A stretch of 39,179 bases of DNA, taken from the NCBI GenBank assembly GCA_937981455.1, contig CALJNV010000128.1, positions 1-39,179 of the forward strand. Reading direction: 5' to 3'. The notes beneath the pieces are model-generated. The model ran no database searches and was not told the origin of the DNA. It saw nothing but the letters and a program-made list of their open reading frames with translations. A program made the position numbers and the translations under genes. This stretch comes from an uncultured Bacteroidales bacterium. GTDB lineage: Bacteria > Bacteroidota > Bacteroidia > Bacteroidales > TTA-H9. Below are positions 18,993-28,752 of the stretch, piece by piece. How positions within the stretch are numbered: the stretch's first letter is position 1; every line of letters begins with the position of its first letter.

Positions 18993-20326
18993 AAAATACC
19001 TGGATTATTATTCAGAGAGAATATTTAACGAGGGTTCGAAAGAAGTCATTTATAATTATGACCATTGTGGGCCCAATTTTATTGGCAGGTTTATGGATAT
19101 TGCCCATATACATCTCGAGTCTAGGTCAGGGGAAAAAAGTAGTGCAGGTGCTCGACGAAAGCGGACTTTTTATCGATAAGTTTATTTCAACCGAGAATGT
19201 TTATTTTATCCCGGTTTTACTCAGACTTGAAGAGGCTAAGCAGGCATTTCTTGCCTCAAATGACGATGCACTTCTCTACATTCCCCGGACCGAGCTAAAT
19301 TTTCCTGTTACAGCTGTTCTTTTTTCGCGTTCTCAGCCCGGTGTTGATCTTAAAGCCTCGGTGCGTGACATTATGAGAAGACAGGCAGAAGCCCTAAAGT
19401 TAAAAGCCAAAGGTATAGATCCCGAAGTGCTTAATACAATTAAGACACGTATTTTAATTCATGCAATTAAATTATCGAAGGATGGTACGGAAGAAAAGAC
19501 CTCAATAGAAATCAGCACAGCGCTGGGGCTTTTGGGGGGCTTTTTTATCTATTTTCTCATTTTTATGTTCGGCGCCCAGGTTATGAGAGGGGTTATCGAA
19601 GAAAAAACCAGTCGCATTGTAGAGGTGATAATTACTTCAGTAAAACCATTTCAATTAATGGCTGGGAAAATCATCGGTGTGGGTTTGGTAGGTTTGACGC
19701 AATTTCTTATCTGGGTGGTTTTTACCGGAGTGCTAATTTTAGGCTTTCAGGCAACTCAGCCCCAAGAAAATAGCCTTTCAAAAAATCCCCCCATCACCAC
19801 CCAAAAGGTCCTTACTCCCCAGCAAATGCAACTAATATCTGAAGCCGAGCAGGATCAGGATAAATCGATTATCCAAGAAGCTTTTGAGGGTATTCGTCAG
19901 GTTAATTTTCCCTTGGTGTTGAGTGCTTTCGCCTTTTTCTTTTTGGGAGGGTACTTGCTATACGCAGCGCTTTATGCAGCCATTGGATCGGCGGTAGAGT
20001 CGGAAACCGATACGCAGCAATTTATGCTTCCGGTTACCATTCCTCTCATTCTTAGTTTTATTATTGCTACTTATGTTATCAACGATCCCAACAGTTCTAC
20101 TGCAATATGGTTTTCTATCATACCTTTAACTTCTCCTGTGGTGATGATGGTAAGAATTCCTTTCGGTGTGCCGTGGTGGCATCTGGCCTTGAGTATGATT
20201 TTTCTTGTCGTTGGGTTTGTTTTCACAACATGGTTGGCCTCGAGAATTTATCGGACAGGTATTCTTATGTATGGTAAAAAAGTTAGTTGGTCCGAGCTTA
20301 TCCGGTGGTTTAGATATCAGTTGTAA
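18989..20326 (+). CDS. ABC-2 family permease (NatB-like)
   Basis: 445 aa with an N-terminal TM helix, a ~150 aa extracytoplasmic segment and then about five hydrophobic helices. Translationally coupled to the ATPase gene. Confidence 0.75.
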   Translation: MKNTWIIIQREYLTRVRKKSFIIMTIVGPILLAGLWILPIYISSLGQGKKVVQVLDESGLFIDKFISTENVYFIPVLLRLEEAKQAFLASNDDALLYIPRTELNFPVTAVLFSRSQPGVDLKASVRDIMRRQAEALKLKAKGIDPEVLNTIKTRILIHAIKLSKDGTEEKTSIEISTALGLLGGFFIYFLIFMFGAQVMRGVIEEKTSRIVEVIITSVKPFQLMAGKIIGVGLVGLTQFLIWVVFTGVLILGFQATQPQENSLSKNPPITTQKVLTPQQMQLISEAEQDQDKSIIQEAFEGIRQVNFPLVLSAFAFFFLGGYLLYAALYAAIGSAVESETDTQQFMLPVTIPLILSFIIATYVINDPNSSTAIWFSIIPLTSPVVMMVRIPFGVPWWHLALSMIFLVVGFVFTTWLASRIYRTGILMYGKKVSWSELIRWFRYQL

Positions 20327-20359
20327 GGAGTAAAAATTGGTTAATCCCAAAGAAACTCC

Positions 20360-20367
20360 TAATTTTG
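20360..20367 (+). promoter_or_regulatory. -7 box TAATTTTG (secDF)
   Basis: Exact TAnnTTTG, 44 nt upstream of ATG 20412. Confidence 0.45.
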
Positions 20368-20411
20368 CACCCTTGTGAAAAATATGTAAAATCCTAAAAC
20401 TATCTGAAAAC

Positions 20412-23400
20412 ATGCAACATAAAGGCGTTGTTAAGTTTTTTGCCATTCTTTTTGCATTGGTATGTGCCTTCCAGCTATCCTTCACTTTTGTCTCGAAAAG
20501 GGTGGAATCGAAAGCAAAGGATTATGCACATAGCCCTAAAGCCATAGAATTGGCCAAATTAATTGCCAAAGGGGATGAGGTAAGAGAATATCTTGCATTG
20601 GATTCTATTCAAAAATCGCGTGAGAAATTTTTTCTCGATTCCATTAACAATGAAGTAGTATACAATTTGGGGTTAAGAAAATACACCTACAAGGAGGTGA
20701 AAGAACGCGAATTGAATCTCGGTCTCGACCTGAAAGGTGGTATGAACGTTACAATGGAAGTATCAGTACCCGATATTCTTAAAGCCCTATCAAATTATAA
20801 TCCAGATACCACTTTCAATAAAGCCATTAAAATAGCCAAAGAAAAGCAGAAAAACAGCAATGCTGATTTTATTACGTTGTTTAATGAATCTTTTAAGGAG
20901 CTTGACCCCAATGGGAGCCTGGCTGCCATTTTCTCTACAGTAGAGCTAAAAGATCGTGTGAAGTTTAACTCTACCAACGAGGAAGTGCTCAAGGTGCTTA
21001 AAGAAGAAACAGATGGTGCCATCGATAGAACTTTCAACATCCTTCGAACCCGTATCGATCGCTTTGGAGTAGCTCAGCCCAATATTCAAAAACTACCTGG
21101 CTCAGGCCGTATTCTTATCGAATTGCCAGGTATTAAAGAACCCGACCGAGTAAGAAAACTTTTGCAAGGAAGTGCAAAATTGGAATTCTGGCCCACTTAT
21201 AACTTTGACGAAATATATAGTTTCTTCGATGAAGCCGACAAGAAGCTTCTCGCTCTCTATAAGGAAAAGGGCTTGATAACATCAGCAGACACAACCCATA
21301 TTTCTCAGCCAGATACCCCAGCTAAGTCGATCACCTCAACGGATACCCTTAACAATAGCGATACGGGTTTATTGTCGAAACTCACCGATAGCGCTAAATT
21401 GGAAAAGAAAAAATCTACTTCTTTCGAAGAATACGCTAAGGAACATCCTTTGTATGCCTACCTCATTCCAGCTTATTATCCTGATGCCAATGGTGCTTAC
21501 CGTCCCGCTCAGATGGCCAGGGTGGGTAGCTCTGCGGTAAAAGATACTTCCCGGGTCAATTCTATGTTGCGGCAGGTAAAGGATGTATTTCCTAGCAATT
21601 TGCGTCTTCTCTGGACTGTTAAACCCGATCCTCAGCGGCCTGGTATTCTCGACCTTGTAGCCATTAAAGTAACTCGCCCTGATGGCCAGGCACCTTTGGG
21701 TGGTGATGTTATTGTGGATGCCCGCCAGGATGTTAATCCTACCAACGGTGGTGTTGAAGTTAGCATGACCATGAACCGTGAGGGAGCTCAGGAGTGGAGA
21801 CGAATGACTGCCGAAAACATCAAGCGTCAGATTGCCATAGTGCTCGACGGATATGTTTATTCCTATCCCACAGTTCAATCTGAAATTTCCGGTGGGCGTT
21901 CCTCAATCTCAGGGGGTGGCATGACCATTGAAGAGGCTAAAGACCTGGCCAACATCCTCCAGTCGGGCAAACTTCCTGCTCCTGCTCGCATTGTTCAGGA
22001 AGAAGTAGTTGGCCCCTCACTGGGTAAAGAAGCCATCCATCAAAGTATGTTATCTTTCTTATTCGCTTTTCTGTTGGTTCTTCTCTACATGGGACTGTAT
22101 TATAACCGCGGGGGATTAGTTGCCAACCTTGCTTTGGTGGTTAACATGTTCTTCATTTTCGGTGTTTTGGCCTCCTTTGGGGCGGTTCTTACATTACCCG
22201 GCATTGCAGGTATTGTACTTACCCTGGGTATGGCCGTGGATGCCAACGTTATTATCTATGAACGTATTCTTGAAGAAACAAGGGCGGGCAAGGGAATTCG
22301 ACTGGCTATTAGCGATGGATACAAGAATGCCTATTCCGCAATCATTGACGGTAACGTCACTACTTTGTTAACAGGTATTATTCTCTATGTCTTTGGTTCC
22401 GGGCCTATCCAAGGTTTCGCCACTACCCTTATCATCGGTATCCTCTCCTCCTTATTTACTGCTATCCTTATCTCAAGGGTTATTTTCGACTGGTGGGCTG
22501 AAAAAGGTTTTAAACTTCAATTCGATAATAAAGTTACCCGGGGTTTCCTTTCCAATACAAAATATGATTTTATTGGTTTGAGACGGTATGCCTATATCTT
22601 CTCCAGCGTCCTTATACTCATTGGAATTGCTTCATTGGCCATTAAGGGTCTCAATTTCGGTGTTGACTTTACCGGTGGACGCACCTACATCATTCGCTTC
22701 GACCAGGAAGTAAAAGTTGATGATGTTCGTAAGGCCTTGGCCCCTAATTTCTCAGCACTGCCTGAAGTGAAAAGCTTTGGTCCCAATAATCAGGTTAAAA
22801 TTACTACCAAAGAGCTTATTAATGAAGAAGGACCTGAGGTAGATAGCATCCTAACAGCCAAACTTTATACTTCTTTGAAAAATCTTTATAAACAACCCAT
22901 TGAAGTCAAAGAGTTTTCATCAGATGTAAGCGAGAGCAATAAAACAATAGGTATCCTGACTTCAACAAAAGTAGGCCCAACTATTGCTTACGACATTAAG
23001 CGGAATGCAGTGCTAGCCGTATTATTTGCACTGTTTGTAATCTTTGGTTATATTGCTGTAAGGTTTAGAAAGTGGCAATATGGTTTGGGCGGGGTTATTG
23101 CACTTTTCCACGATTCTATGGTGGTTATTGGTCTATTCTCTTTGTTTTATGGCATTTTGCCCTTCAATATGGAAGTTGACCAGGCATTTATTGCCGCTAT
23201 CTTAACTATTATTGGTTATTCAATCAACGACACTGTGATTATCTTCGACCGTATCCGCGAATTTACCCACCTTTTCCCCAAGCGCGATTTATTTATAAAT
23301 ATGAATGCTGCCATTAATTCTACCCTGGCGCGTACCTTGAATACTGCTGGCACCACCATAGTTACTCTACTGGTAATGTTCATTTTTGGCGGTGAAATTC

Positions 23401-23516
23401 TTCGGGGATTCATATTTGCCTTGTTAATAGGTATCTTTGTGGGTACTTATTCGTCAGTATTTGTGGCAAGTTCTGTTGCACACGATTTACTGACCAAGAA
23501 AAAAATCAAGGAATAA
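20412..23516 (+). CDS. secDF: Protein translocase subunit SecDF (fused)
   Basis: 1034 aa. The SecD part has LGLDLKGGMNV and VQEEVVGPSLGKE. The SecF part has GVDFTGGR and IGYSINDTVIIFDRIRE. 12 predicted TM segments. Confidence 0.92.
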   Translation: MQHKGVVKFFAILFALVCAFQLSFTFVSKRVESKAKDYAHSPKAIELAKLIAKGDEVREYLALDSIQKSREKFFLDSINNEVVYNLGLRKYTYKEVKERELNLGLDLKGGMNVTMEVSVPDILKALSNYNPDTTFNKAIKIAKEKQKNSNADFITLFNESFKELDPNGSLAAIFSTVELKDRVKFNSTNEEVLKVLKEETDGAIDRTFNILRTRIDRFGVAQPNIQKLPGSGRILIELPGIKEPDRVRKLLQGSAKLEFWPTYNFDEIYSFFDEADKKLLALYKEKGLITSADTTHISQPDTPAKSITSTDTLNNSDTGLLSKLTDSAKLEKKKSTSFEEYAKEHPLYAYLIPAYYPDANGAYRPAQMARVGSSAVKDTSRVNSMLRQVKDVFPSNLRLLWTVKPDPQRPGILDLVAIKVTRPDGQAPLGGDVIVDARQDVNPTNGGVEVSMTMNREGAQEWRRMTAENIKRQIAIVLDGYVYSYPTVQSEISGGRSSISGGGMTIEEAKDLANILQSGKLPAPARIVQEEVVGPSLGKEAIHQSMLSFLFAFLLVLLYMGLYYNRGGLVANLALVVNMFFIFGVLASFGAVLTLPGIAGIVLTLGMAVDANVIIYERILEETRAGKGIRLAISDGYKNAYSAIIDGNVTTLLTGIILYVFGSGPIQGFATTLIIGILSSLFTAILISRVIFDWWAEKGFKLQFDNKVTRGFLSNTKYDFIGLRRYAYIFSSVLILIGIASLAIKGLNFGVDFTGGRTYIIRFDQEVKVDDVRKALAPNFSALPEVKSFGPNNQVKITTKELINEEGPEVDSILTAKLYTSLKNLYKQPIEVKEFSSDVSESNKTIGILTSTKVGPTIAYDIKRNAVLAVLFALFVIFGYIAVRFRKWQYGLGGVIALFHDSMVVIGLFSLFYGILPFNMEVDQAFIAAILTIIGYSINDTVIIFDRIREFTHLFPKRDLFINMNAAINSTLARTLNTAGTTIVTLLVMFIFGGEILRGFIFALLIGIFVGTYSSVFVASSVAHDLLTKKKIKE

Positions 23517-23540
23517 TTGATAGTAGGTTTAATTTTAAAA

Positions 23541-23573
23541 CCTGGGAACCCTTGCTTTCCCGGGTTTTTTTTT
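23541..23573 (+). terminator. Rho-independent terminator after secDF
   Basis: CCTGGGAA (23541-48) / TTCCCGGG (23557-64) stem with one G-U pair, an 8-nt loop, then nine T. Confidence 0.75.
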
Positions 23574-23606
23574 GACTGGGGCTTTTCATTTTCTCTGGGG
23601 GAGTTG

Positions 23607-23614
23607 TAGTTTTG
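23607..23614 (+). promoter_or_regulatory. -7 box TAGTTTTG (tatA)
   Basis: Exact TAnnTTTG, 18 nt upstream of ATG 23633 and downstream of the secDF terminator. Confidence 0.45.
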
Positions 23615-23632
23615 CATGAAAATATTTTACGG

Positions 23633-23920
23633 ATGCATATACCCTTTCTGTTTTTTGATATAGGCAGTGGAGAGTTGTTTATTGTCCTTATGCTTGTATT
23701 AATATTTTTTGGCCCCAAGCAAATTCCCTCTATCGCCCGTAGCATTGGCAAAGGGCTCTACGAATTGCGCAGGGCTTCTGATCAAATTAAAAGGGAAGTA
23801 ATGAATGAAGCCGAAAAAATTAAATCGCAAGTGCGCATTGAAGACGAACCAGACAATCTAAACGTTAATAAATCTGATGAAGCGGATACTGAAAAGCCTA
23901 AATCACCTCCAGTCGGTTGA
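23633..23920 (+). CDS. tatA: Twin-arginine translocase TatA/TatE family subunit
   Basis: GSGELFIVLMLVLIFFGPKQIPSIARSIGKGLYELRRA is a TM helix plus amphipathic helix typical of TatA. ATG 23633 is chosen because the TTG at 23612 lies inside the TAGTTTTG box. Confidence 0.75.
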   Translation: MHIPFLFFDIGSGELFIVLMLVLIFFGPKQIPSIARSIGKGLYELRRASDQIKREVMNEAEKIKSQVRIEDEPDNLNVNKSDEADTEKPKSPPVG

Positions 23921-23941
23921 TTGTGAATAAAATATTATTGT

Positions 23942-26434
23942 ATGAATAAGACCTCCCGTATATTATTCCTAATTTTTCTTACCCTATTCTCTTCGACATT
24001 GTGGGCACAAAATATCACTCAGCCCCTCAAGCGCAAGAGAGCAGAAGCGGCCGATTTGGCTTTTAACAGCAATATGTATTCTACAGCTTTAAAGGCCTAC
24101 AGAAAAGCTTACCGCAAAGAAAAAGACAAGGAGGAAAAGAATCGAATCACTTTTCAAATGGCCGAATGCTATCGTTTGATGGGTAATTTGCGCATGGCAG
24201 AACCTACTTATCGAAGGTTGATTTTTGTTAAATACGAACAAAAACAGCCCATAATCCTCCGACATCTTGGCGATATTCAGCGGGTTAACGGCAAATTGGC
24301 TCAAGCCAGGGATTTTTATGAAAAGTATTTGCAATTGGTGCCGGATGATGAATTGGCCAAAAGTCGCTTAAGGGGTATCGAAGCCACAGAATTTTGGTTG
24401 GCAAATCCAACCCGCCACGTTGTTGAAAATGAAAAACTTCTTAATAGCCGTGACGATGATTTTGCTGCAACATACAGTAATTCTGCCTATAACGAAGTTG
24501 TTTTCACAACCAATCGCAAAGGCGTAAACAGCAAAGGCAAAGACGAGTGGACCACCAAAAACTTCACTGACCTTTTCATAGCAAAAAAGGACGTTAAGGC
24601 TAAATGGAGCCAACCTGTAAATCCTGATGAAGAAGGCATATTAAATACCCCCGGCAATGAGGGCAGCCCTTTTTTTAACAGCCGTATGAATGCTATGTAT
24701 TTTACCCGCTGTGCAGCCGAGCCCAAGCGAAAAAATACATGCAAAATTTTTGTAGCCCGGCGGGCAGGAAAAAGTTTCTCGGAGCCTACTGAGGTTGAAA
24801 TTCAGGCCGACTCAAATTTTGCCATAGGGCATCCAACCCTCTCCAACGACGAACTTACTATTATTTTCTCGAGCGATCTTCCCAATGGCAAAGGTGCTCA
24901 CGATTTATGGTATGCCACACGTGAATCTAAAAGCGGTAGGTTCGGAAAACCCCGAAATTTAGGAGATTCCATTAATACCCGTGGGGAAGAACTCTTTCCT
25001 TTTTTGCGCTTCGATACAATTTTGTATTTTGCTTCTGACGGTCATCCAGGCTTGGGCGGTCTCGATATTTTTAAAAGTTATCTTAGAACCGATACAGAAG
25101 GCAAAAAATATTGGACAAGGCCCATCAACATGGGTAGCCCAATCAATTCCCCAGCCGACGATTTTGCTATTACTTTTCATCCCGAGGAAGAGGAAAGTGG
25201 TTTCTTTTCTTCAAACCGTAAAGGGGGTAGAGGAGGTGATGATATTTATAGTTTTGTTGTGCAGCCGGTGATTTTTACCCTTGAGGGCATAGTAAAAGAT
25301 GCTAGCTCTCTACAGCCTATTCAAGGAGCTTTGGTGGAATTAAAAGTTTCTGACGGCCGCATTCACAAAAGCAATACAAGTGATCGGGGACGATATACCT
25401 TCAATAAAAACCAGGTGCTCATCCATCGTAACTTTGAAATTGCGGTGTCGAAGGAAGGTTACTTTAGCACTTTGGGAAAGCTTTCGACCATGGGATTGGA
25501 GCGCAGCCAGGATTTTAAAATGGATTTTATGCTTCAACCCATTCCGCGGAAGCCCATCGTCTTACCTGAAATACTTTACGACCTGGCCCGATGGGAATTA
25601 AAACCCCAATACCAGGATTCATTGCAGGGATTGATTACTTTGCTGGAGAAAAATCCCAACTTAACCATTGAACTGGCCGCGCATACCGACGCCCGTGATA
25701 CCGAAGAACGCAACGATATTCTCTCTCAAAAACGTGCGCAAAGTGTTGTGGATTATCTAATTCTACGTGGCATTGATCCGGATCGACTTACAGCAAAAGG
25801 ATATGGCGAAAGGGTTCCCAGAGTCTTGAACAAGGATGTCAAAGCAGGAGGATATGTATTTAAAGCAGGCAGCCGACTTACAGAATCATTTATTGATAGT
25901 CTTCCATCTAAAGAGCTGAAGGAAATAGCCCATCAGCTCAATCGTAGAACTGAATTTACCATAACAGGTACCAATTTTAAGCCCAAGCCCAGGCCTGTGG
26001 GGCAGCAGACACTAACGAAAGAAATCGAAATTGTTACCTCCAAACCCTTGAATACGATATCTTTCAGTTTAAATAGCAGGAAACTCATGGTAATTCCTGC
26101 TTCCATTGATACCTATCCTTTGACCTTTATTTATCAGCCTGATGCCCGAAATAATGTGATAAGCGCGGAGGCTGTCCTTGATCTTCTGAAAGAAGGCATT
26201 ATTACCAAAGATGACTTTAAAGGCAACCCGCAGGAGATTATTTCGGAAGGTGCTATTCAGCGAGGAGCAGAGCTTACGATCCCCTCATTGCGCATCGGTC
26301 GTAAAGTAATTTATGATATCGATGTTGTCGTTGAACCCAAATCGGAAGCCAAGCTAATCATCAATAAAACAACACTGATCAAATTTGGGGCTTTTACCAT
26401 CAATGAAGATGCCAGAGAAATTATTTTCGAATGA
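23942..26434 (+). CDS. OmpA-family outer membrane/periplasmic protein: TPR, TolB-like beta-propeller, CarboxypepD_reg-like and OmpA_C domains plus an extra C-terminal domain
   Basis: Signal peptide MNKTSRILFLIFLTLFSSTLWAQ and TPR-like helices (aa 40-150). Repeated propeller blades (DDFAATYS, EGSPFFN, HPTLSNDELTIIFSS, LFPFLRFDTILYFASD, DDFAITF). CRD-like segment (FTLEGIVKDASSLQPIQGALVEL). OmpA_C segment (LTIELAAHTDARDTEERNDILSQKRAQSVVDYLILRGIDPDRLTAKGYGE ... NRRTEF). About 147 further residues follow. Confidence 0.8.
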   Translation: MNKTSRILFLIFLTLFSSTLWAQNITQPLKRKRAEAADLAFNSNMYSTALKAYRKAYRKEKDKEEKNRITFQMAECYRLMGNLRMAEPTYRRLIFVKYEQKQPIILRHLGDIQRVNGKLAQARDFYEKYLQLVPDDELAKSRLRGIEATEFWLANPTRHVVENEKLLNSRDDDFAATYSNSAYNEVVFTTNRKGVNSKGKDEWTTKNFTDLFIAKKDVKAKWSQPVNPDEEGILNTPGNEGSPFFNSRMNAMYFTRCAAEPKRKNTCKIFVARRAGKSFSEPTEVEIQADSNFAIGHPTLSNDELTIIFSSDLPNGKGAHDLWYATRESKSGRFGKPRNLGDSINTRGEELFPFLRFDTILYFASDGHPGLGGLDIFKSYLRTDTEGKKYWTRPINMGSPINSPADDFAITFHPEEEESGFFSSNRKGGRGGDDIYSFVVQPVIFTLEGIVKDASSLQPIQGALVELKVSDGRIHKSNTSDRGRYTFNKNQVLIHRNFEIAVSKEGYFSTLGKLSTMGLERSQDFKMDFMLQPIPRKPIVLPEILYDLARWELKPQYQDSLQGLITLLEKNPNLTIELAAHTDARDTEERNDILSQKRAQSVVDYLILRGIDPDRLTAKGYGERVPRVLNKDVKAGGYVFKAGSRLTESFIDSLPSKELKEIAHQLNRRTEFTITGTNFKPKPRPVGQQTLTKEIEIVTSKPLNTISFSLNSRKLMVIPASIDTYPLTFIYQPDARNNVISAEAVLDLLKEGIITKDDFKGNPQEIISEGAIQRGAELTIPSLRIGRKVIYDIDVVVEPKSEAKLIINKTTLIKFGAFTINEDAREIIFE

Positions 26435-27606
26435 AGGCAGATATGGACAGATATAATCAACGGGGGGTATCATCGGGTAAAGAAGACGTGCATGCTGCAA
26501 TCGCAGGACTCGACAAGGGCATTGTTCCCGGTGCTTTTTGTAAGGTGTTGCCTGATTGGCTGGCCAACGACCCTGAATGGTGCACGCTTATGCACGCAGA
26601 CGGAGCAGGGACTAAAAGTAGCCTTGCCTACATCTATTGGAAAGAAACGGGAGATATTTCCGTATGGAAAGGGATAGCCCAAGATGCAATTGTGATGAAT
26701 ACCGACGACCTGCTTTGTGCAGGTGCAACCGGCCCCATGATGCTTTCCTCCACCATTGGCAGAAACAAAAATTTAATTCCTCGCGAGGTAGTAACGGCCC
26801 TCATTAACGGCACCAATGAGGTGTTGAGCGAAATGCGTGAATTAGGCCTCGAAATTTACTTAGCCGGAGGCGAAACCGCCGACGTTGGAGACCTGGTTCG
26901 TACTGTAATTGTGGATTCAACAGTCGTTGCTCGATGTAAGCTGAGCCGAATTATTTCTAACAACAATATTCAACCCGGAGATGTGATTGTGGGGTTGGCT
27001 TCCTTTGGTCAAGCCAGCTACGAAAAAGCTTATAACAGTGGAATGGGGTCTAATGGTCTTACATCGGCCCGCCACGACGTACTGCAGCGCATTTATGCAC
27101 GCAAATACCCTGAGAGTTTCGATCCTTCTATTCCCCCCGAATTGGCCTATAGTGGGCGTCGTTTCTTATTAGAACCTTCCCCTATCGAAGGTCTTAACAT
27201 TGGAAAATTTCTGCTTTCCCCCACGCGCACTTATGCCCCTGTTATTAAGGATATTTTAGAAGAATATCATCCTTATATCCATGGTATGATTCATTGTACA
27301 GGAGGTGGCCAAACCAAAGTCATGCACTTTGCTCCTCACGTGAAAATCATAAAAGATAATCTTTTCGATACGCCTTGGGTTTTCAAAATAATTCATGAAG
27401 AATCGGGTACTCCGTGGCCTGAAATGTATAAGGTTTTTAATATGGGACATCGAATGGAATTGTATGTCCCCTCCGAAATAGCGCCGGGAATCATTTCAAT
27501 AGCCGCACATTATAGCATCGAAGCAAAAGTGGTAGGCAGAGTGGAGGCATCCGATGTTAGAGCCCTTATCATTTCAAGCCCTCATGGGATCTTTGAGTAT
27601 AGGTAA
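26431..27606 (+). CDS. purM: Phosphoribosylformylglycinamidine cyclo-ligase (AIR synthase), long Bacteroidota form
   Basis: RYNQRGVSSGKEDVHAAI, HADGAGTKS, NTDDLLCAGA and HCTGGGQTK. 4-nt ATGA overlap with the preceding OmpA-family gene. Confidence 0.85.
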   Translation: MKADMDRYNQRGVSSGKEDVHAAIAGLDKGIVPGAFCKVLPDWLANDPEWCTLMHADGAGTKSSLAYIYWKETGDISVWKGIAQDAIVMNTDDLLCAGATGPMMLSSTIGRNKNLIPREVVTALINGTNEVLSEMRELGLEIYLAGGETADVGDLVRTVIVDSTVVARCKLSRIISNNNIQPGDVIVGLASFGQASYEKAYNSGMGSNGLTSARHDVLQRIYARKYPESFDPSIPPELAYSGRRFLLEPSPIEGLNIGKFLLSPTRTYAPVIKDILEEYHPYIHGMIHCTGGGQTKVMHFAPHVKIIKDNLFDTPWVFKIIHEESGTPWPEMYKVFNMGHRMELYVPSEIAPGIISIAAHYSIEAKVVGRVEASDVRALIISSPHGIFEYR

Positions 27607-27617
27607 TGGAAATCAAA

Positions 27618-28109
27618 TTATTTTTTTTCTTGTTTATTTCTAAGCTCTTCTGCTTTGTCTTTTTGCCTAAACAAGCTCTCACCGAATGAAACCAGAGGAA
27701 TTACTGAAACCTGCGAATACTCAATTAAAGGATTGGAGCGCAGCATCTTTTGTAAGTGAACATTATCCGTCGCCTGAATAATAAAAGCACAACCTGGCTT
27801 AAGGGCCATAGCGCCCCCAAAAATAGGTATTCCCTGCCGTCTCAAACTGTCTATTTGTTGAAATCCCGGTATCAGCCTGTTTTCTAGAAAGCCTAGCTCC
27901 TGTTCAAGGGTGAACTGCGGTTTAGGGGTGGGATATTCCATCAAAACCAGATACAGGTTTTTCCCAATAAAAAAAGGCGTGGTATCGGCCACCATCATTA
28001 ACGAATCGCTCTGAAGCGTAATCCTTTTTACCCCTTGGTCAGGGCCACTCTGGCACCCTACCAACCCAAGAGCACCCCACACGAACCAAAAAAATATTTT
28101 TCCTTTCAT
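27618..28109 (-). CDS. Hypothetical lipoprotein
   Basis: 163 aa. MKGKIFFWFVWGALGLVGCQSG has a signal peptide plus lipobox. I recognise no family. Converges on purM with an 11-nt gap. Confidence 0.55.
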   Translation of the reverse strand: MKGKIFFWFVWGALGLVGCQSGPDQGVKRITLQSDSLMMVADTTPFFIGKNLYLVLMEYPTPKPQFTLEQELGFLENRLIPGFQQIDSLRRQGIPIFGGAMALKPGCAFIIQATDNVHLQKMLRSNPLIEYSQVSVIPLVSFGESLFRQKDKAEELRNKQEKK

Positions 28110-28171
28110 TATATTTTCATTGATTTAATTACTCTGCTCAAGAGCAAAGATAATGCAAGAAAATTAATTTT

Positions 28172-28660
28172 TTAAAAAAAGTTAAAATTCTTCCAATCAG
28201 GCTTTAATATTCCGTAAATAAAAATGTCGTAATAATCCCCCGCGAGGTATTTAGCTTTTCTGAGTGTGCCCTCTTTGCGAAAGCCTAGGTTCTCAAATAA
28301 CCGGATGGATGCTTCATTGCCCTCTACTATCTCCGCCTCAATCCTAAAGAGATTCATTACCTGAAAACCAAAGTCCAGAAGTAATTGACAGGCTTCAGTA
28401 CCCAGTTTTTTCCTTTGAAATTCGGGGTAAACATGGAGGGTTATCATGGCCTTGCGATTGAACCATTTGATGCTGTGAAGACTAATTTCTCCAACAACCG
28501 CTCCATCCCATTCTATTTTCAATCTAAGACGGTTGCCTTCAAGGTTCTCTGTTAAAAACGCTTCACCTAAATGCTTGATTTCGTTATAATTGTAAATCTT
28601 CGATCGCCCATCATAGGATAGGGGAAACAGTCTTAATTTGCCTTTCTCAATGTAAAACAT
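28172..28660 (-). CDS. GNAT family N-acetyltransferase (RimJ/RimL-like)
   Basis: 162 aa with acetyl-CoA binding region VYPEFQRKKLGTEACQLLLDFGF, then EIVEGNEASIRLFENLGFRKEG. Confidence 0.8.
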   Translation of the reverse strand: MFYIEKGKLRLFPLSYDGRSKIYNYNEIKHLGEAFLTENLEGNRLRLKIEWDGAVVGEISLHSIKWFNRKAMITLHVYPEFQRKKLGTEACQLLLDFGFQVMNLFRIEAEIVEGNEASIRLFENLGFRKEGTLRKAKYLAGDYYDIFIYGILKPDWKNFNFF

Positions 28661-28701
28661 ATCAATTTGTTTGTTTTTCTCTAAACCTTTTGAAAGTTTA
28701 C

Positions 28702-28734
28702 TTGTTTAATTTTACGCGTCTTAAATTTAAACGT
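28702..28734. promoter_or_regulatory. Dyad-containing element upstream of the CarH-like gene (copy A)
   Basis: TTGTTTAATTTTACGCGTCTTAAATTTAAACGT. Arms TGTTTAA (28703-09) and TTAAACG (28727-33). It includes a near-consensus -7 box TAATTTTA (28707-14). 25 of 33 positions are identical to copy B at 29826-29858. Confidence 0.5.
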
Positions 28735-28752
28735 TTTAAATCATAATTGTGC

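Noticed and set aside
21369-21878. 169-aa antisense ORF inside secDF, plus many similar 60-125 aa ORFs inside other genes (e.g. 855..1046, 1968..2171, 10462..10833, 16973..17350, 18153..18494, 34358..34765, 38253..38603)
   Set aside because: All lie entirely within, and antisense to or out of frame with, genes that have strong family signatures. I saw no promoter box or independent motif. They are typical shadow ORFs.
27607-27617. Very short convergent gaps without terminators (purM / lipoprotein, 11 nt; also DCC / 201-aa gene at 33468..33473, 6 nt)
   Set aside because: This is common in compact bacterial genomes and carries no additional sequence structure to interpret.
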